Assembly: GCA_903858115.1 (NCBI GenBank)
Contig: CAIOHR010000268.1
Span: forward strand, 684-64,683
Direction: 5' to 3'
DNA from: an uncultured Pirellula sp.
Lineage (GTDB): Bacteria > Planctomycetota > Planctomycetia > Pirellulales > Pirellulaceae
DNA length: 64,000 nt
Below are positions 19,419 through 30,700 of this stretch, piece by piece. Positions within the stretch are counted from its first letter, which is position 1, and every line of letters starts with the position of its first letter. The notes beneath the pieces were generated by a model. The model did no database searches. It saw only the letters and a program-made list of their open reading frames with translations, and was not told where the DNA came from. Both the position numbers and the translations under genes were made by a program.

Positions 19419-21857
19419 TCATGCGGGCCGAAAATCTACGCTGTGCCTAGCACAGCGTACCGGAAGCAACTTCCGGTTCTTGGCTCCGTTTGCTGCGATC
19501 TTGGCAATAAGAACTTTCGGATTGACTGGTTTTGTAACATAGTCGTCGCAACCCGCGTCGAGGCATTTGACCTGGTCACCCTCCATCGCATGGGCTGTTA
19601 AGGCGACGACTTGGCCAGTGTAGCCTTTGTCTCGCAACAAGGTGGTCGCGTCGTATCCATCCAGGACTGGCATTTGCATGTCCATCAGTATCAAGTCGAA
19701 CGTCTCTCCGCTTTCTCGGGCTTCAATCGCTGCGCTGACCGCCAATTGTCCATTGTCGACAATTGTTACAGTTGCGCCCGCTTTTTTGAGCAGGAACGAA
19801 ATGAGACGTTGGTTATCTGGACCGTCCTCTGCTAAGAGGATGCGATAGCCCGAAAGCGTTTGCTCCGGTAGTTGCGATATCGGAGTTGCGGATGGACAAT
19901 TCGAAATCGGAGTCGGCATACTAGGCTCAATCATTGCGACGCCGGTTAGGTCGCCGGTACCGATGGTGGCCCTGAATCGCGACCCAACGCCGGGCGACGA
20001 CTCTGCGATGATGACTGACCCGCCCATCGTCTCAGCCAGACGCCTGCTGATGGTGAGTCCGAGGCCTGTTCCGCCAAACTCTCGGGTTGTCGACGTGTCC
20101 GCTTGCTCAAATGGCATGAACAATCGATCCTGTTGTTCTTGGGTCATACCGAGACCGGTATCAACCACGTCGAATTCCAGTTTGGGCTCCGGACCCGAAA
20201 CGAACCGGATTTCCACACGCACACCACCGATTTCTGTGAACTTAATGGCGTTGCCGACCAAGTTGAGAATGATTTGACGCAAGCGGGTCGGATCGGTTTG
20301 GATCATTGCTGGAATGAATGTTTTGTAGGCAGCGTTCAATTCGATGCCTTTGGCTGCCGAGCGCACTCGCATTAGCAAGAGAACTTCATCTACGATCTCA
20401 AATGGGGACTGCGGCACGGACTCCATTGTTAGTTTTCCAGATTCGATCTTGGACAGGTCGAGAATGTCATCGATGATTGCAATTAAATGCAGACCATTGC
20501 GATGAATTGTTTGAATGGAATGAATCCGTTGTTCCCTATCGTTTTCAAAGTTGCATTCATCCATGAGCAAATCTGTGAAGCCGAGAATGGCAGTCATGGG
20601 AGTTCGAATCTCGTGACTCATATTGGCCAGGAATTCGCTTTTGGAACGATTAGCGGCATCCGCTAGTTCCTTGGCGTGGAGTAGATCCGTTTCGATTTTT
20701 TTGCGTTCCGTAACGTCCCGCCCCTCAGGTACTAACCAAATCACATGACCATGCTCATCGAAAACCGGCTTCAACGAAAAGTCGATGGTTCGAATTTGGC
20801 CATCGGCGTCAGGATGTTCGTTTTCCTGACGTACGAAAGCCCCCGCACGCGCTTGCGCAATGGCATCTTTAATTTTGGCAATAAGCCGTTCGGAGTGGGA
20901 GTACCAAGGCGTTTCCCAGAAAGGTTTCCCAACTACAGAGTCAAGCGAAACGCCTGCGAACGACAAAGCGGTTTGATTGACATCGAGAACCGTTCCTTCC
21001 GGATCCAGTAGGCCGATGAGTTGAAATGTTTGGTCGAAGATGGCTCGAGACTTACGAACGCTTATCTGCAACTCCTCCTGCTTCGCTTTTATATCGGACG
21101 TCATTTTATTCGTCATTTCGACTTCCCGTCGGTAGGCACGAGAAAAATTCCAGAACAACATGGCGAGAGTCGATACGGTCATCAACGACGATACCGCTAC
21201 GATTCCAGGAAGATGGCCGGAGGACAGAGCATGTTCTGCATTACGTTCGACTTGCACAATCTCTTGGCGGGCGAGACCCGTGAGTTGATCGATGTCATTT
21301 CGATGTTCTGCGTAAGCAGTGAGTAGGTCGCCGTTGAGAAGATCTTGTGACCGTTCGTAGTCACCCGCGTGGACTAACGGGAGCAGGTTCTCACGTGCCA
21401 ATCTATAAAACCTTTGGGCTGGCTTACTCGAAACATCGATCATCAGGCTCTTGATTGGTCCAGGCTTTAGCACCTTACTCCAATAAGTTTGTCGCGTTTC
21501 GTATTCATCCATCAGCGCCAAGAGCTTTGCCTCGAGACCTACACGGTCCGCTGCACGACCTGGGTTGGTCAATTCGAAGGCGGTCAAATAGCTTTCGACG
21601 ATGTACTGTGGAGGCGGTATGATGTCGGCAAGGATGTCTTTCTGTTCAATGATTTCCGCGTAACGAGGCCCGTTGACCTTGACCTCCTCAATCATTCGGA
21701 AAGTCAATACGCCTAAAACTCCGAATCCGACTACATGCAAGAGAATGAACGCAAATGGAATGTGCGAAGTCGAGTTCTCGCTCGAAACGGATGCGGAGGC
21801 GTTGGGCTGCCTTGATTCCTCAACCGTACTTTGAGTCGGTTTTGCGGTGTCTGTCAT
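19419..21857 (-). CDS. Hybrid sensor histidine kinase (periplasmic sensor, PAS, HisKA, HATPase, REC)
   Basis: Two TM helices; PAS; [13 protein letters not shown]; [10 protein letters not shown]; GGTGLGL; receiver with AED, DMQMP and KP. Confidence 0.95.
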   Translation of the reverse strand: MTDTAKPTQSTVEESRQPNASASVSSENSTSHIPFAFILLHVVGFGVLGVLTFRMIEEVKVNGPRYAEIIEQKDILADIIPPPQYIVESYLTAFELTNPGRAADRVGLEAKLLALMDEYETRQTYWSKVLKPGPIKSLMIDVSSKPAQRFYRLARENLLPLVHAGDYERSQDLLNGDLLTAYAEHRNDIDQLTGLARQEIVQVERNAEHALSSGHLPGIVAVSSLMTVSTLAMLFWNFSRAYRREVEMTNKMTSDIKAKQEELQISVRKSRAIFDQTFQLIGLLDPEGTVLDVNQTALSFAGVSLDSVVGKPFWETPWYSHSERLIAKIKDAIAQARAGAFVRQENEHPDADGQIRTIDFSLKPVFDEHGHVIWLVPEGRDVTERKKIETDLLHAKELADAANRSKSEFLANMSHEIRTPMTAILGFTDLLMDECNFENDREQRIHSIQTIHRNGLHLIAIIDDILDLSKIESGKLTMESVPQSPFEIVDEVLLLMRVRSAAKGIELNAAYKTFIPAMIQTDPTRLRQIILNLVGNAIKFTEIGGVRVEIRFVSGPEPKLEFDVVDTGLGMTQEQQDRLFMPFEQADTSTTREFGGTGLGLTISRRLAETMGGSVIIAESSPGVGSRFRATIGTGDLTGVAMIEPSMPTPISNCPSATPISQLPEQTLSGYRILLAEDGPDNQRLISFLLKKAGATVTIVDNGQLAVSAAIEARESGETFDLILMDMQMPVLDGYDATTLLRDKGYTGQVVALTAHAMEGDQVKCLDAGCDDYVTKPVNPKVLIAKIAANGAKNRKLLPVRCARHSVDFRPA

Positions 21858-22539
21858 AATCGTTTGCTGCAGTTGTTTCCCCGGAATATGCTTGTCGAAC
21901 GATAGCTACAACCTTGGGATGGGTCGAGACGATTCCCACAGTTTGCACACTTTTGCTTGCTTCTGGGCGATGACGGCCACTGAATCCACGCAGATAGTCC
22001 ATAGGACAAAGGTGCATTTACTGCAATTCTGAACTTTCTTGTTGACGACCTTGCGAGTGGAGGCACGATTCTGAAGGGCCACATAACAGACACTCACAGT
22101 AATTAGGCGATCGGCTCTAGAAACGCGGACAATGGGGAGCTTGTCGCCGCAAAGAAAGAGAGAGCGGTCGGTAATTAATGACCATCAAGCAAGCTTGCTT
22201 GCCGGTGTGAATGATTTGCCAGTCAGTTCGTTGTAGGTCAAAAAGCTAGTCGCGGTGAGTTTCGTCGTTTGGGAAGACAGCCCACCGACGCAGCCAATGG
22301 CTGTTGACTCTGGGAAAGAGGGAGATTCGGCTTCGATTGATCAAGCGACACCCCACAAATCGGTCCAAGAGAACTCACCAGGAGGCGATCAGGACGAGGG
22401 GAGCAAAGTACTTGAAACGACCGACCATGCCAAAACGTTTGCACTACAGTTTGCACAAACTATTCGCGGCGGATGTCTTTTGGAGGCAACGGAAGGCAAT
22501 TGTCACCCCAAAGGAGGGGTAGGGTTAGGTGGATGCGAA

Positions 22540-22570
22540 ACCAGCGAATCACCAGTGAATCACCAGTGAT
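22540..22570. repeat. 11-bp tandem repeat (ACCAGYGAATC, about 3 copies) downstream of tRNA-Phe
   Basis: accagcgaatc accagtgaatc accagtgat. Confidence 0.75.
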
Positions 22571-22609
22571 TTGCATCGTTTGTCAGCAGATGGCTGACGA
22601 AAAAGAGAG

Positions 22610-22682
<73 letters not shown>

Positions 22683-22691
22683 ATTTCTTGG

Positions 22692-22720
22692 AATGTATTG
22701 GCAATTGGGCTATTTGTCAA
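22692..22720 (-). promoter_or_regulatory. Sigma70-type promoter of tRNA-Phe
   Basis: TTGACA (22720-22715), 17 bp spacer, TACATT (22697-22692), ending about 10 bp before the tRNA. Confidence 0.75.
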
Positions 22721-22799
22721 TTCTGTCTGCCGCGTTTGTCAACATCCCTCCCACCAGGTACCTTTATCATGTGCGTTTCGGGTCTCTAATTCTACAAAA

Positions 22800-24467
22800 A
22801 TGTTTAAAAGCCAGGCATTTTTCATGCGCGATGTCCTTTCGACGTTTCCTCGGTTTTTCCGGTACGCCACGGCATTCCTCGGCATTTTTCTTTGCTCCAT
22901 TCCGAATGCCGCTGCAGAAAAATACGATCCATCCCATCCAGTCGTGATGGAAATGGTTCGCAAAGGGGTCGCTTACTTGTCCTCGTCGCAATCCTCCAAT
23001 GGTGGCGAGGGGATCCTCGCGGCCCTGGCTATCTACAAGGCTGACGTCAATTCATCTCCGGACCATCCTCGCGTCAAGGCAGGGATCAATATCGCAAGAG
23101 GAATGGCAGACCGAGCGGCTCGCGGATTCAATTGGGAACATGACTCAATGTATTCCCTCCCTCTCGCGGGCATGCTCCTCGCATCGGTCAATCCAGTGGA
23201 ATACGCCAATGACATCAAGGCGATTCGCGATGCGCTCGTGAACGTTCAACGACCCAACGGTGGCTTCGGTTACATGAGCGAAAACGCCCATAGAGCTGCC
23301 GGGCAAGGAGATATCTCCCAAATCCAATACGTCATGTTGTTTTTTTGGACTCTCACCCAAGCAGATATCGATGTCCCTCAAGACTCCTTGAAGCGATGCA
23401 TCACGTTTTTGATGTCCGCTCAACTCAATGATGGCGGCTGGCCCTACCAGTCTCCGGATACGGCTGGAACCGCAACACACTCACTCGCCGCGGCTGGATT
23501 TTCGGGATTCCTAATCGCAGGAGATGCGCTCGGTCTCTATCGAAGCAAATGGGCTGAAAATCAAGAGGAGGAAGGAATCGTGCCGACCGCTTTTCAACGT
23601 GTCGTGGCAGACGAAAAGCGAAAGAAACCCGCCATGGATCGCGCTCAACTCGATTCGACGATCAAAAAAGCAGAGAACTACTTCAGCGCACGTCCCTACA
23701 CTCGGTCGACATGGCACTATTACTATTTGTACGGTAAAGAGCGTTACGAGTCGTTCTTGGAAATCACCAAAGGGAAAAGATCGAAGAGTCCTGATTGGTA
23801 TAACGAAGCGGTCGAGCTCTTCATAATCAATCAAGCTGCAGATGGATCATGGGGCTCCAGCGGCAAAGATAGCGACAGTCCCCTCGCCCCCGATGTTTGC
23901 ACGAGCTTTGCTGTCCTATTCTTGATTCGTAATACTCAAAAGGCCATCGGGGAGCTTCATGATGACGTACTCTTCGGAGGACAAGGGTTACCTGACGATC
24001 CGAGCTCTGTCGTCGTGAAGAACGGCAAGCTGATGAACAAGACGGCAACCACCAACATCGATGACGCTTTGAAAATGCTGGAATCGGACGGAAAGGCCGA
24101 AGGCGAAGATTCACTGATCCCAGAGCAAATGTCGCTGCCGAAAGATCCGAAGGTTCGAAAAGACCAGCTCAATCGGTTCTCCCGACTGCTCAACTCCCAG
24201 GACCCGAAGGCACGTCGATTTGCCGCCAAGATTTTAGGGCGGGGCGATGATCTCGATTTCGTTCCTGCGTTGATCTATGCATTGTCCGATCCTGATTCCC
24301 AAGTGCCCCGTTTCGCCGAAGCTTCGTTGCGATTGATCTCACGTCAGCTCGACACCTATCATTTGCCGCGAGAGGGCAAGATTGGAGAAGGAGCACGTGT
24401 CACCGCCGTGTTACAATGGCGTAAATGGTATTTGACCGTCCGGCCCGATTACGTATTCGTGGATTAA
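22800..24467 (+). CDS. Secreted prenyltransferase/squalene-oxidase-repeat protein with C-terminal HEAT-like repeats
   Basis: QRPNGGFGY, QLNDGGWPY, QAADGSW (QW-like motifs); HEAT-like VPALIYALSDPDSQV. Start probably 22800 or 22824; track start 22473 runs through the tRNA. Confidence 0.8.
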   Translation: MFKSQAFFMRDVLSTFPRFFRYATAFLGIFLCSIPNAAAEKYDPSHPVVMEMVRKGVAYLSSSQSSNGGEGILAALAIYKADVNSSPDHPRVKAGINIARGMADRAARGFNWEHDSMYSLPLAGMLLASVNPVEYANDIKAIRDALVNVQRPNGGFGYMSENAHRAAGQGDISQIQYVMLFFWTLTQADIDVPQDSLKRCITFLMSAQLNDGGWPYQSPDTAGTATHSLAAAGFSGFLIAGDALGLYRSKWAENQEEEGIVPTAFQRVVADEKRKKPAMDRAQLDSTIKKAENYFSARPYTRSTWHYYYLYGKERYESFLEITKGKRSKSPDWYNEAVELFIINQAADGSWGSSGKDSDSPLAPDVCTSFAVLFLIRNTQKAIGELHDDVLFGGQGLPDDPSSVVVKNGKLMNKTATTNIDDALKMLESDGKAEGEDSLIPEQMSLPKDPKVRKDQLNRFSRLLNSQDPKARRFAAKILGRGDDLDFVPALIYALSDPDSQVPRFAEASLRLISRQLDTYHLPREGKIGEGARVTAVLQWRKWYLTVRPDYVFVD

Positions 24468-24484
24468 GGCAACAGCTAAGGTTT

Positions 24485-25393
24485 ATGGCATCCACCAAAA
24501 GCTCCGACAAAAAAAGTGTGTTTGACGTCGACGAATCCTCGATGCGCGTCAACAAAGTCGATCAAGTATCGAGTTTGTTGTCCAGTCTGTTGATTCTCGT
24601 TGGGTTGGCCGTCTTGATGCTTGGGCTGTTGTTCTTCCTTCGGTCAGGCACCTCAACAATCGATGTGATTGCGCTAGAGCCAGAACGCATTGCAGGCCGA
24701 GGAGACAACGCACCTGGATTCGAACGTGACTTTGACCCCCCGGCAGCGGACGAAGTAGAGCAGCTCAAAGAACCAGCGATGGAGCAAACACTTCAACTCG
24801 TCTCCGAGGCGATCAATAACATCTCCACCGTCATGGAAAGCCTCGATGCTTTGGAAAGCTCGAAGAGTGGTCGTGGCGATAGTCGCCCACCGGGACCGGA
24901 AGGAGAAGGGGATGATATCGTTCCTCGCCCAGAACGATGGGACATCAAATTTCAGTCGCGCGACAAACGTGGCTACGGCGCACAACTGGACTTCTTCAAA
25001 ATTGAGTTAGGTGTTTATGGTGGTACCACTCCGGTGGTCGATTACTTGGCTGGACTCTCCAGCGGTCCGACGAAGCGTTCGGGGCCTGCGAAAGCGGACA
25101 AGCGTTTGTATTTCTTGAGCGTCGCGGACGGTGTGCTTAAACAATACGATAAACAGTTCTTGCAGGGAGCCAGTATCGACATCTCGAATCGATCGATCAT
25201 GAAGTTCTTCCCGAAAGAGACCGAAGATCTTCTCGCTCAAGCGGAGGCTCGCTACTACACAGAGAAGCGTAATCCTCAGTTCCGTGTAACCGATGTTGCA
25301 AAGACTGTCTTTGAAGTCAAGCCAGCCAAATCGGGCAAGGGGTTTGAGTTTGTCGTCGTCGATCAACGATACCGCAATAAAGGGGTCAAGTAA
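24485..25393 (+). CDS. Single-TM hypothetical protein
   Basis: ATG at 24485; one hydrophobic helix then an acidic/Pro/Gly linker; closely spaced with neighbours. Confidence 0.8.
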   Translation: MASTKSSDKKSVFDVDESSMRVNKVDQVSSLLSSLLILVGLAVLMLGLLFFLRSGTSTIDVIALEPERIAGRGDNAPGFERDFDPPAADEVEQLKEPAMEQTLQLVSEAINNISTVMESLDALESSKSGRGDSRPPGPEGEGDDIVPRPERWDIKFQSRDKRGYGAQLDFFKIELGVYGGTTPVVDYLAGLSSGPTKRSGPAKADKRLYFLSVADGVLKQYDKQFLQGASIDISNRSIMKFFPKETEDLLAQAEARYYTEKRNPQFRVTDVAKTVFEVKPAKSGKGFEFVVVDQRYRNKGVK

Positions 25394-25398
25394 TTCGT

Positions 25399-26199
25399 AT
25401 GGAGTCTTCCATCTCCAGAGTGACGGTTAAGACTCTCGCAACCATGAAGCGCAAAGGGCAGCGCATTTCGATGCTCACAGCCTATGACTTTCCAACGGCC
25501 CAACTTCTCGATGAAGCACTCATCGATTGCATCCTCGTCGGGGACTCGCTGGGGATGGTGGTACAAGGGAAAACTACGACGGTTCCGGTGACGGTCGATG
25601 AGATGATCTATCATGGCGAGATGGTCTCTCGAGCGACCAAACGTGCCATGGTGATTGTCGATTTGCCATTCCCTGTCGGGCAACTCGGCGTGGTTCATAC
25701 CGTGACCACGGCAGCCGAGATCATGAAGAAGACGCAATGCCACGCGGTCAAAATGGAAGGTGGTCATCTGCAATCGGATAGCATTCGAGCGTTGGTGGAT
25801 GCAGGAATTCCAACGATTGCCCATATCGGTCTGCGACCTCAAAGCGTTCATGCGCTCGGAGGCTATCGCGTGCAGCGGGACAGCGATCAATTGATGACAG
25901 ATGCGTTAGCGGCAGAAAAGGCAGGGGCCTTTGCGGTGTTGATCGAATGCGTTCCAGAAGAGTTGGCTAAGAAAGTTACGGATGCGATTCAGGTCCCAAC
26001 GATTGGCATCGGCGCTGGGGCTGGTTGCGATGGTCAAGTCTTAGTGACGAACGACATGTTGGGTTGGAACAGTGGCTATGTTCCGAAGTTCGTCCGCAAG
26101 TTTGCTGATTTGAGATCTGAAGCAGCCAATGCTATCCGGCAGTATCGAGAGGATGTTAGCTCCGGTGAGTTTCCTGGAGCCGCTGAATCTCTCAAGTGA
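25399..26199 (+). CDS. panB: 3-methyl-2-oxobutanoate hydroxymethyltransferase
   Basis: MLTAYD, LVGDSLGMV, VKMEGG, HIGLRPQ, IGIGAG...DGQVLV motifs. Confidence 0.97.
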   Translation: MESSISRVTVKTLATMKRKGQRISMLTAYDFPTAQLLDEALIDCILVGDSLGMVVQGKTTTVPVTVDEMIYHGEMVSRATKRAMVIVDLPFPVGQLGVVHTVTTAAEIMKKTQCHAVKMEGGHLQSDSIRALVDAGIPTIAHIGLRPQSVHALGGYRVQRDSDQLMTDALAAEKAGAFAVLIECVPEELAKKVTDAIQVPTIGIGAGAGCDGQVLVTNDMLGWNSGYVPKFVRKFADLRSEAANAIRQYREDVSSGEFPGAAESLK

Positions 26200-26287
26200 G
26201 ATTCGGCTGCAAAGTGTTAGCCATTGGAAGCTGACGGATTCTCTTACAGCTTAACCTAATCGCATCTAGGCACTGCCGACAAAAGTC

Positions 26288-26400
26288 AAAGTAGTAGGCA
26301 CATTCCATGTGCCGTCCACCTAGAATCCCAACAAATCTCCAAGAGGAATTCCAGCAAATTCCTAAGAGCGGACGGCACGACGGAGCGTGCCTGCTACTTT
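26288..26400. repeat. GTAG-type REP-like inverted-repeat pair between convergent genes
   Basis: AAAGTAGTAGGCACATTCCATGTGCCGTCC pairs with GGACGGCACGACGGAGCGTGCCTGCTACTTT; each arm is itself a GGCAC...GTGCC palindrome. Confidence 0.8.
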
Positions 26401-26416
26401 TGTTGGCTGTGTCTAT

Positions 26417-27526
26417 CTACTTGTTCGTAGTAGACAGTCGTTTGAAGTAGGCTTCGATAACTTCGCGATAGTGGCTCGGTAGATCTTTGGTCATGTTCTG
26501 CAGGGCTTCTTGGCGTTGGGCAGGAGGCAGATTTCCCCAACTAGCGGAGTTGCCGATATCTTTCGGATCGATCTCGCCGGGACCTTTTACCTCTTCCTTT
26601 GGCACTTGATCTTGAGGTTTGCTTTGGTCCTGATTCTGCTTTTGTTGTTGTTGTTGTTGTTGCTTCTTCTGTTTTTGTTGTTGTTGCTGCTGTTGCATTT
26701 GTTGTTCGATTTGATCGATGCTCTTGTCAAGCTTGTCGATGATCGCTTGTTGTTTGTCACGAACCATTTTGCCGGTTCGACCAAGTGCCAATCGTCGTTC
26801 GACATCGTTCATCAATCGGGAGATCTCGTCGAGCGAATCTTCTTTGAGTGGTTTGATGTCCGCTTCCATGAGGCGGGCGGTGATGGCGTAACGGGTCGGT
26901 AGGTCGATCTCACGCTCGAGTAGTTTGCCCAACGACAGAACGCATTCATCGCGTTGGAGCAAATGGTGTTGGCAGACAGCTAGGTTGAACAAATAGGTTG
27001 ACGGGTCGGAAACGGTCTCGATCGACAATGACTGTAGTTTGTTGAGTGCTTCGTCATACAATGCGTTTTGCACCAAGCAACGGCTCACCCAAAGTTGGCA
27101 ATCCAATTTGAGCCAATCGGGAATTCCACCGTTGGCTAGCACGGAGCTAAGAGCCGATTCGATGTCGGGCATGGTCTCAGAGGAGACTTCTGTGCCGAGA
27201 AGATCCGACAGTTTGCGAATCGAGGCGTCTCCCTCGGCGGCGAGTCGAATGATGCCTTCCAGGAGGCCGATGCCGCGGATAGCGGATAGTTCAGACGATT
27301 TCAGTTTGGCGTCGGAAGCTTCTTTTCCGGGCGGGAGCGAATCCAAGAATGTGTTCAATCGGACGATAATGGCCGCATTTTCCGGCCAATTCCAGGTGGA
27401 GGCTTTTTGCAGGACATTGTCCGATGCTGCAGCCTTCTCGGCCACGCTGCCGACCATTCCGGTTCCCGTGAAGGTGAATGCAAGTGAGCAAAATGCCCGC
27501 AAAATCCAACGAACTTGTCGTGCCAT
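26417..27526 (-). CDS. Secreted hypothetical protein with TPR-like helices and a poly-Gln linker
   Basis: Likely start MARQVRW at 27526 (track 27631); signal-like N-terminus; poly-Q; C-terminal WGNLPP...LPSHYREVIEAYFKRL. Confidence 0.8.
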   Translation of the reverse strand: MARQVRWILRAFCSLAFTFTGTGMVGSVAEKAAASDNVLQKASTWNWPENAAIIVRLNTFLDSLPPGKEASDAKLKSSELSAIRGIGLLEGIIRLAAEGDASIRKLSDLLGTEVSSETMPDIESALSSVLANGGIPDWLKLDCQLWVSRCLVQNALYDEALNKLQSLSIETVSDPSTYLFNLAVCQHHLLQRDECVLSLGKLLEREIDLPTRYAITARLMEADIKPLKEDSLDEISRLMNDVERRLALGRTGKMVRDKQQAIIDKLDKSIDQIEQQMQQQQQQQKQKKQQQQQQQKQNQDQSKPQDQVPKEEVKGPGEIDPKDIGNSASWGNLPPAQRQEALQNMTKDLPSHYREVIEAYFKRLSTTNK

Positions 27527-27711
27527 ATCCCTTACCTCGGAGCGGTACCCATGGAAAACACCTCGCCAGCCACTTCCCACTATAACGCCAGGGAAGCCGA
27601 GAGTTCTCTTTTCGCTGAAAATTTGGCACAAGTACAGCTCAATTTCCCCGAATGCAACGTCTATACTGGAGCCGAAGAACGAATGTCTTTTGGAACAAGT
27701 ACAGGTGCTGG

Positions 27712-30700
27712 ATGGAAACGAAATCGCAACTTCAGGTCCCTGAATCGCTGACGACCCAAATACGTGAGTACCGATCGGTCGTACGAATCAGAAAGATTGC
27801 TGAAGCAATAGGAATCGCTGTCACGGCAGTTCTTGTTGGATTCGCCGTCGTGTTTGCCACCGATCGATTCCTCGATTCGACACCTTGGTTCCGTACACTA
27901 GTGTGGATCGCTTCGATGGTAGGTGTGGCCGTGCTACCGTTTGCTTGGAGGCGATGGGTGCTAAAGCTCCGGACGTTAGAGTCGGTTGCAAAACTGCTTA
28001 GCAAAAAGTTGCCTGCGGTCGGAGATTCTTTGCTCGGTGCATTGGAGTTATCCGCGAACGCCCAAGAGCAGAATCGCTCGCCGGTTCTGTGCCAAGCGGC
28101 ATTGGAGCAAGTAGCCAAAGACACTTCGAAACGGAACCTATTGGATTCGCTGCCTGCTTCGAAGCATCGCGGCTGGTGTTCGGCAGCAATGGCTGGGCTC
28201 GCGATGACTGGAGGTCTTACTGTTGCTTTTCCACAAGCAAGCCTTAATGCATGGCAACGATTTCTGCTTCCCTTAGCATCTATCGAACGGTTTACGTTTA
28301 CAAGCTTGGAGAGCCTACCGAAGAAGATAGTTGTTCCTTATGGCGAAGACTTTAACGTTTCCTTGCGACTGGCTGCGGGCACGCAATGGACACCTATGAA
28401 TGCGCGGGCTCAAGTTGGCCGACTTCCTGATATCGAAGTTGGGCATCAAGAAGGGATCTATGATTTTGAGATTCCAGCGCAGCTTCAATCGACATCCTTG
28501 AACTTTGCGGTAGGTGACGCGTCACCATCGATGGAGGTTATTCCCTCGATGCGACCTGAGCTCGAATCGCTCTCGGCGACGATTCAGTTGCCAGCATATC
28601 TTCAGATTCCAGAGACTTTTAACAAAGATATCCGAGGTGGAGCATTAACGATTGTTCGCGGTGCATCGCTTCAGTTCCAATCAAGAACTACGAAAGAGAT
28701 CGCGTCCGCGACTGCTAACAGTAAATCGTTGCCTGTCAAAGAAGGCTCTTTCGTATTGCCGAGCTTTGAAGTGAGTGAGCCGACTCGCATCGAGTTGGAA
28801 TGGCGTGATACGGATGGGCTTCAGGCCAAAGCTCCGTTTCCATTGATGATTCAATCGATCGAGGATGAGCAGCCTGCCGTCTTTGGTGATGGGTTGCCCA
28901 AAGCGCGAGTCGTGTTGGAGACAGAACAAATTCAATTCACCGTGCGATCGTTGGATGACTTCGGAATACGTCATGTTGGATTGGAATGGAAGACCATCGA
29001 ATCCTCTCCATCGATACCGGACGAGAAAGGTGAGTTCATGCTGGCCAAGGGATCTCCGACATCGCAGTCGCTCGATGCGATTGCTACGTTTCAAGCCACC
29101 GCGATGAAGATCCCATCGCGACCTGTCGAAGTGAGATTATTTACCGAAGATTATCTTCCCGAACGCGGTCGTATGTATTCTTCGCCGCATTTGCTTTATG
29201 TGTTGAATCCCAATGATCATGCGGTGTGGATGCTCGACCAGATTACGAAATGGCAACGCGAGTCTCTCGAAGTACGCGATCGCGAGCTTCAACTACTAGC
29301 AGCCAACAAACAGATTCGCGATTTGAGTGTCGAAGAATTGAACCAAGAAGAAACTCGTACTCGCATCGAACAACAAGCATCGGCGGAACTCTCCAATGGT
29401 CGCAGATTGAACAACTTGACCGCCAAGGGAGAAGAGTTGCTTCGTCAAGCGGCTCGCAATCCGGAGATTGGCGTTGGGCATCTTGAGAAGTGGGCGGAGA
29501 TGCAAAAGATATTAAAGGACATCGCTTCGAATCGTATGCCTTCGGTCGCAGATTTGTTGAAGCAGGCAGCGGCGTCGAAGCAATTGGCCAAGAATACACC
29601 CAACGGACCCGCCAAAGATTCGAAGTCCTCTCCCACGGCAGGAAAGATTCAACCCAGCGAAACGCCGCCTGCGAATGGAGAGTCCGAGCCACAGCCGCCG
29701 TCGGCGAACGCATCTGCACCGAGCGTGGTGGATCAAGAGTCTTCGCAACAACCGGTGGATCCGAGCCAGCTCGCATCGAATAGCAAGCCGAAGAAGTCGG
29801 GTCCTGCTGCATTGCGACTGCCTTCAACAACCTTGATGGGAACTGCGGGTAAAGGCGAAGATGCTGAGCAAGAAGAGGAAGAGGAGCAGAATGAAGTAGA
29901 GCAAGCGGTCAACAAGCAAGAAGAGTTGTTGGCGGAGTTCCAAAAGGTTGCCGATGAGCTGAACGAGTTGATGGGTAACCTAGAGGGAAGTACTTTAGTC
30001 AAGAGACTGAAGGCGGCTTCGCGAGAGCAAGGGGAGATTGCTGACTCCACGGGTAGTGAGCTCAGCGATGCGTTTGGGATTTCGTCCCAACGCATGAAAT
30101 CAGAGCAGCTTGCTCGAGTCAAAGATCTCAGCGGTCGCGAGACAAAGGCAGTCGATTTCGTTTCACTTATCGTCGATGATATGCAAGGGTTTCATGATCG
30201 ACGACCATCGGAAAAGTTTGAAAGTGTATTGGCGGAGATCAAGAAAGAAGATGTCGTTGGCGGATTGAGGCGGCTATCTGACACTATTGTTGAGCATCAA
30301 GGGCTTGCGATTGCTGAAGCCGAATTCTGGTCCGATACGCTCGATCGATGGGCCGAAGATATCGTCGACCCCGCTGGCAAAGGGGAATGTAAAGGTTCGA
30401 AGAGCAAGAGTTCCTTGCCACCGTCAATTGTTCTAGAAGTGATGCAAGTTCTCGAAGAGGAAATGAATTTGCGTGATCGCACTCGAGTGGCCGAGCAATC
30501 GAAAGCCGCTTCGTCCAACGAAGAATACATGGACAAGGTAGACGAGTTAGCCAATACACAGATTAGTCTTCAAGAGCGGATCGTAGCGGTGAAAAAGAAA
30601 ATCATAGCGCTGCCGGATTCTGAGGCTGAGTTTGAGAAAGAAATCGGTTTGATGGGCGAGGTGAGCGCAGTGATGCTTGATGCAGCGACACTTTTGGATA

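Noticed and set aside
19415-19436. TGGTCA-TGC-GGGCCG as a duplicated tRNA-Phe 3' end (att site)
   Set aside because: Only two 6-bp blocks with a gap, inside the kinase stop region; compatible with chance.
21854-22569. Short ORFs between the hybrid kinase and tRNA-Phe
   Set aside because: No family motifs or integrase catalytic residues; treated as islet remnant rather than genes.
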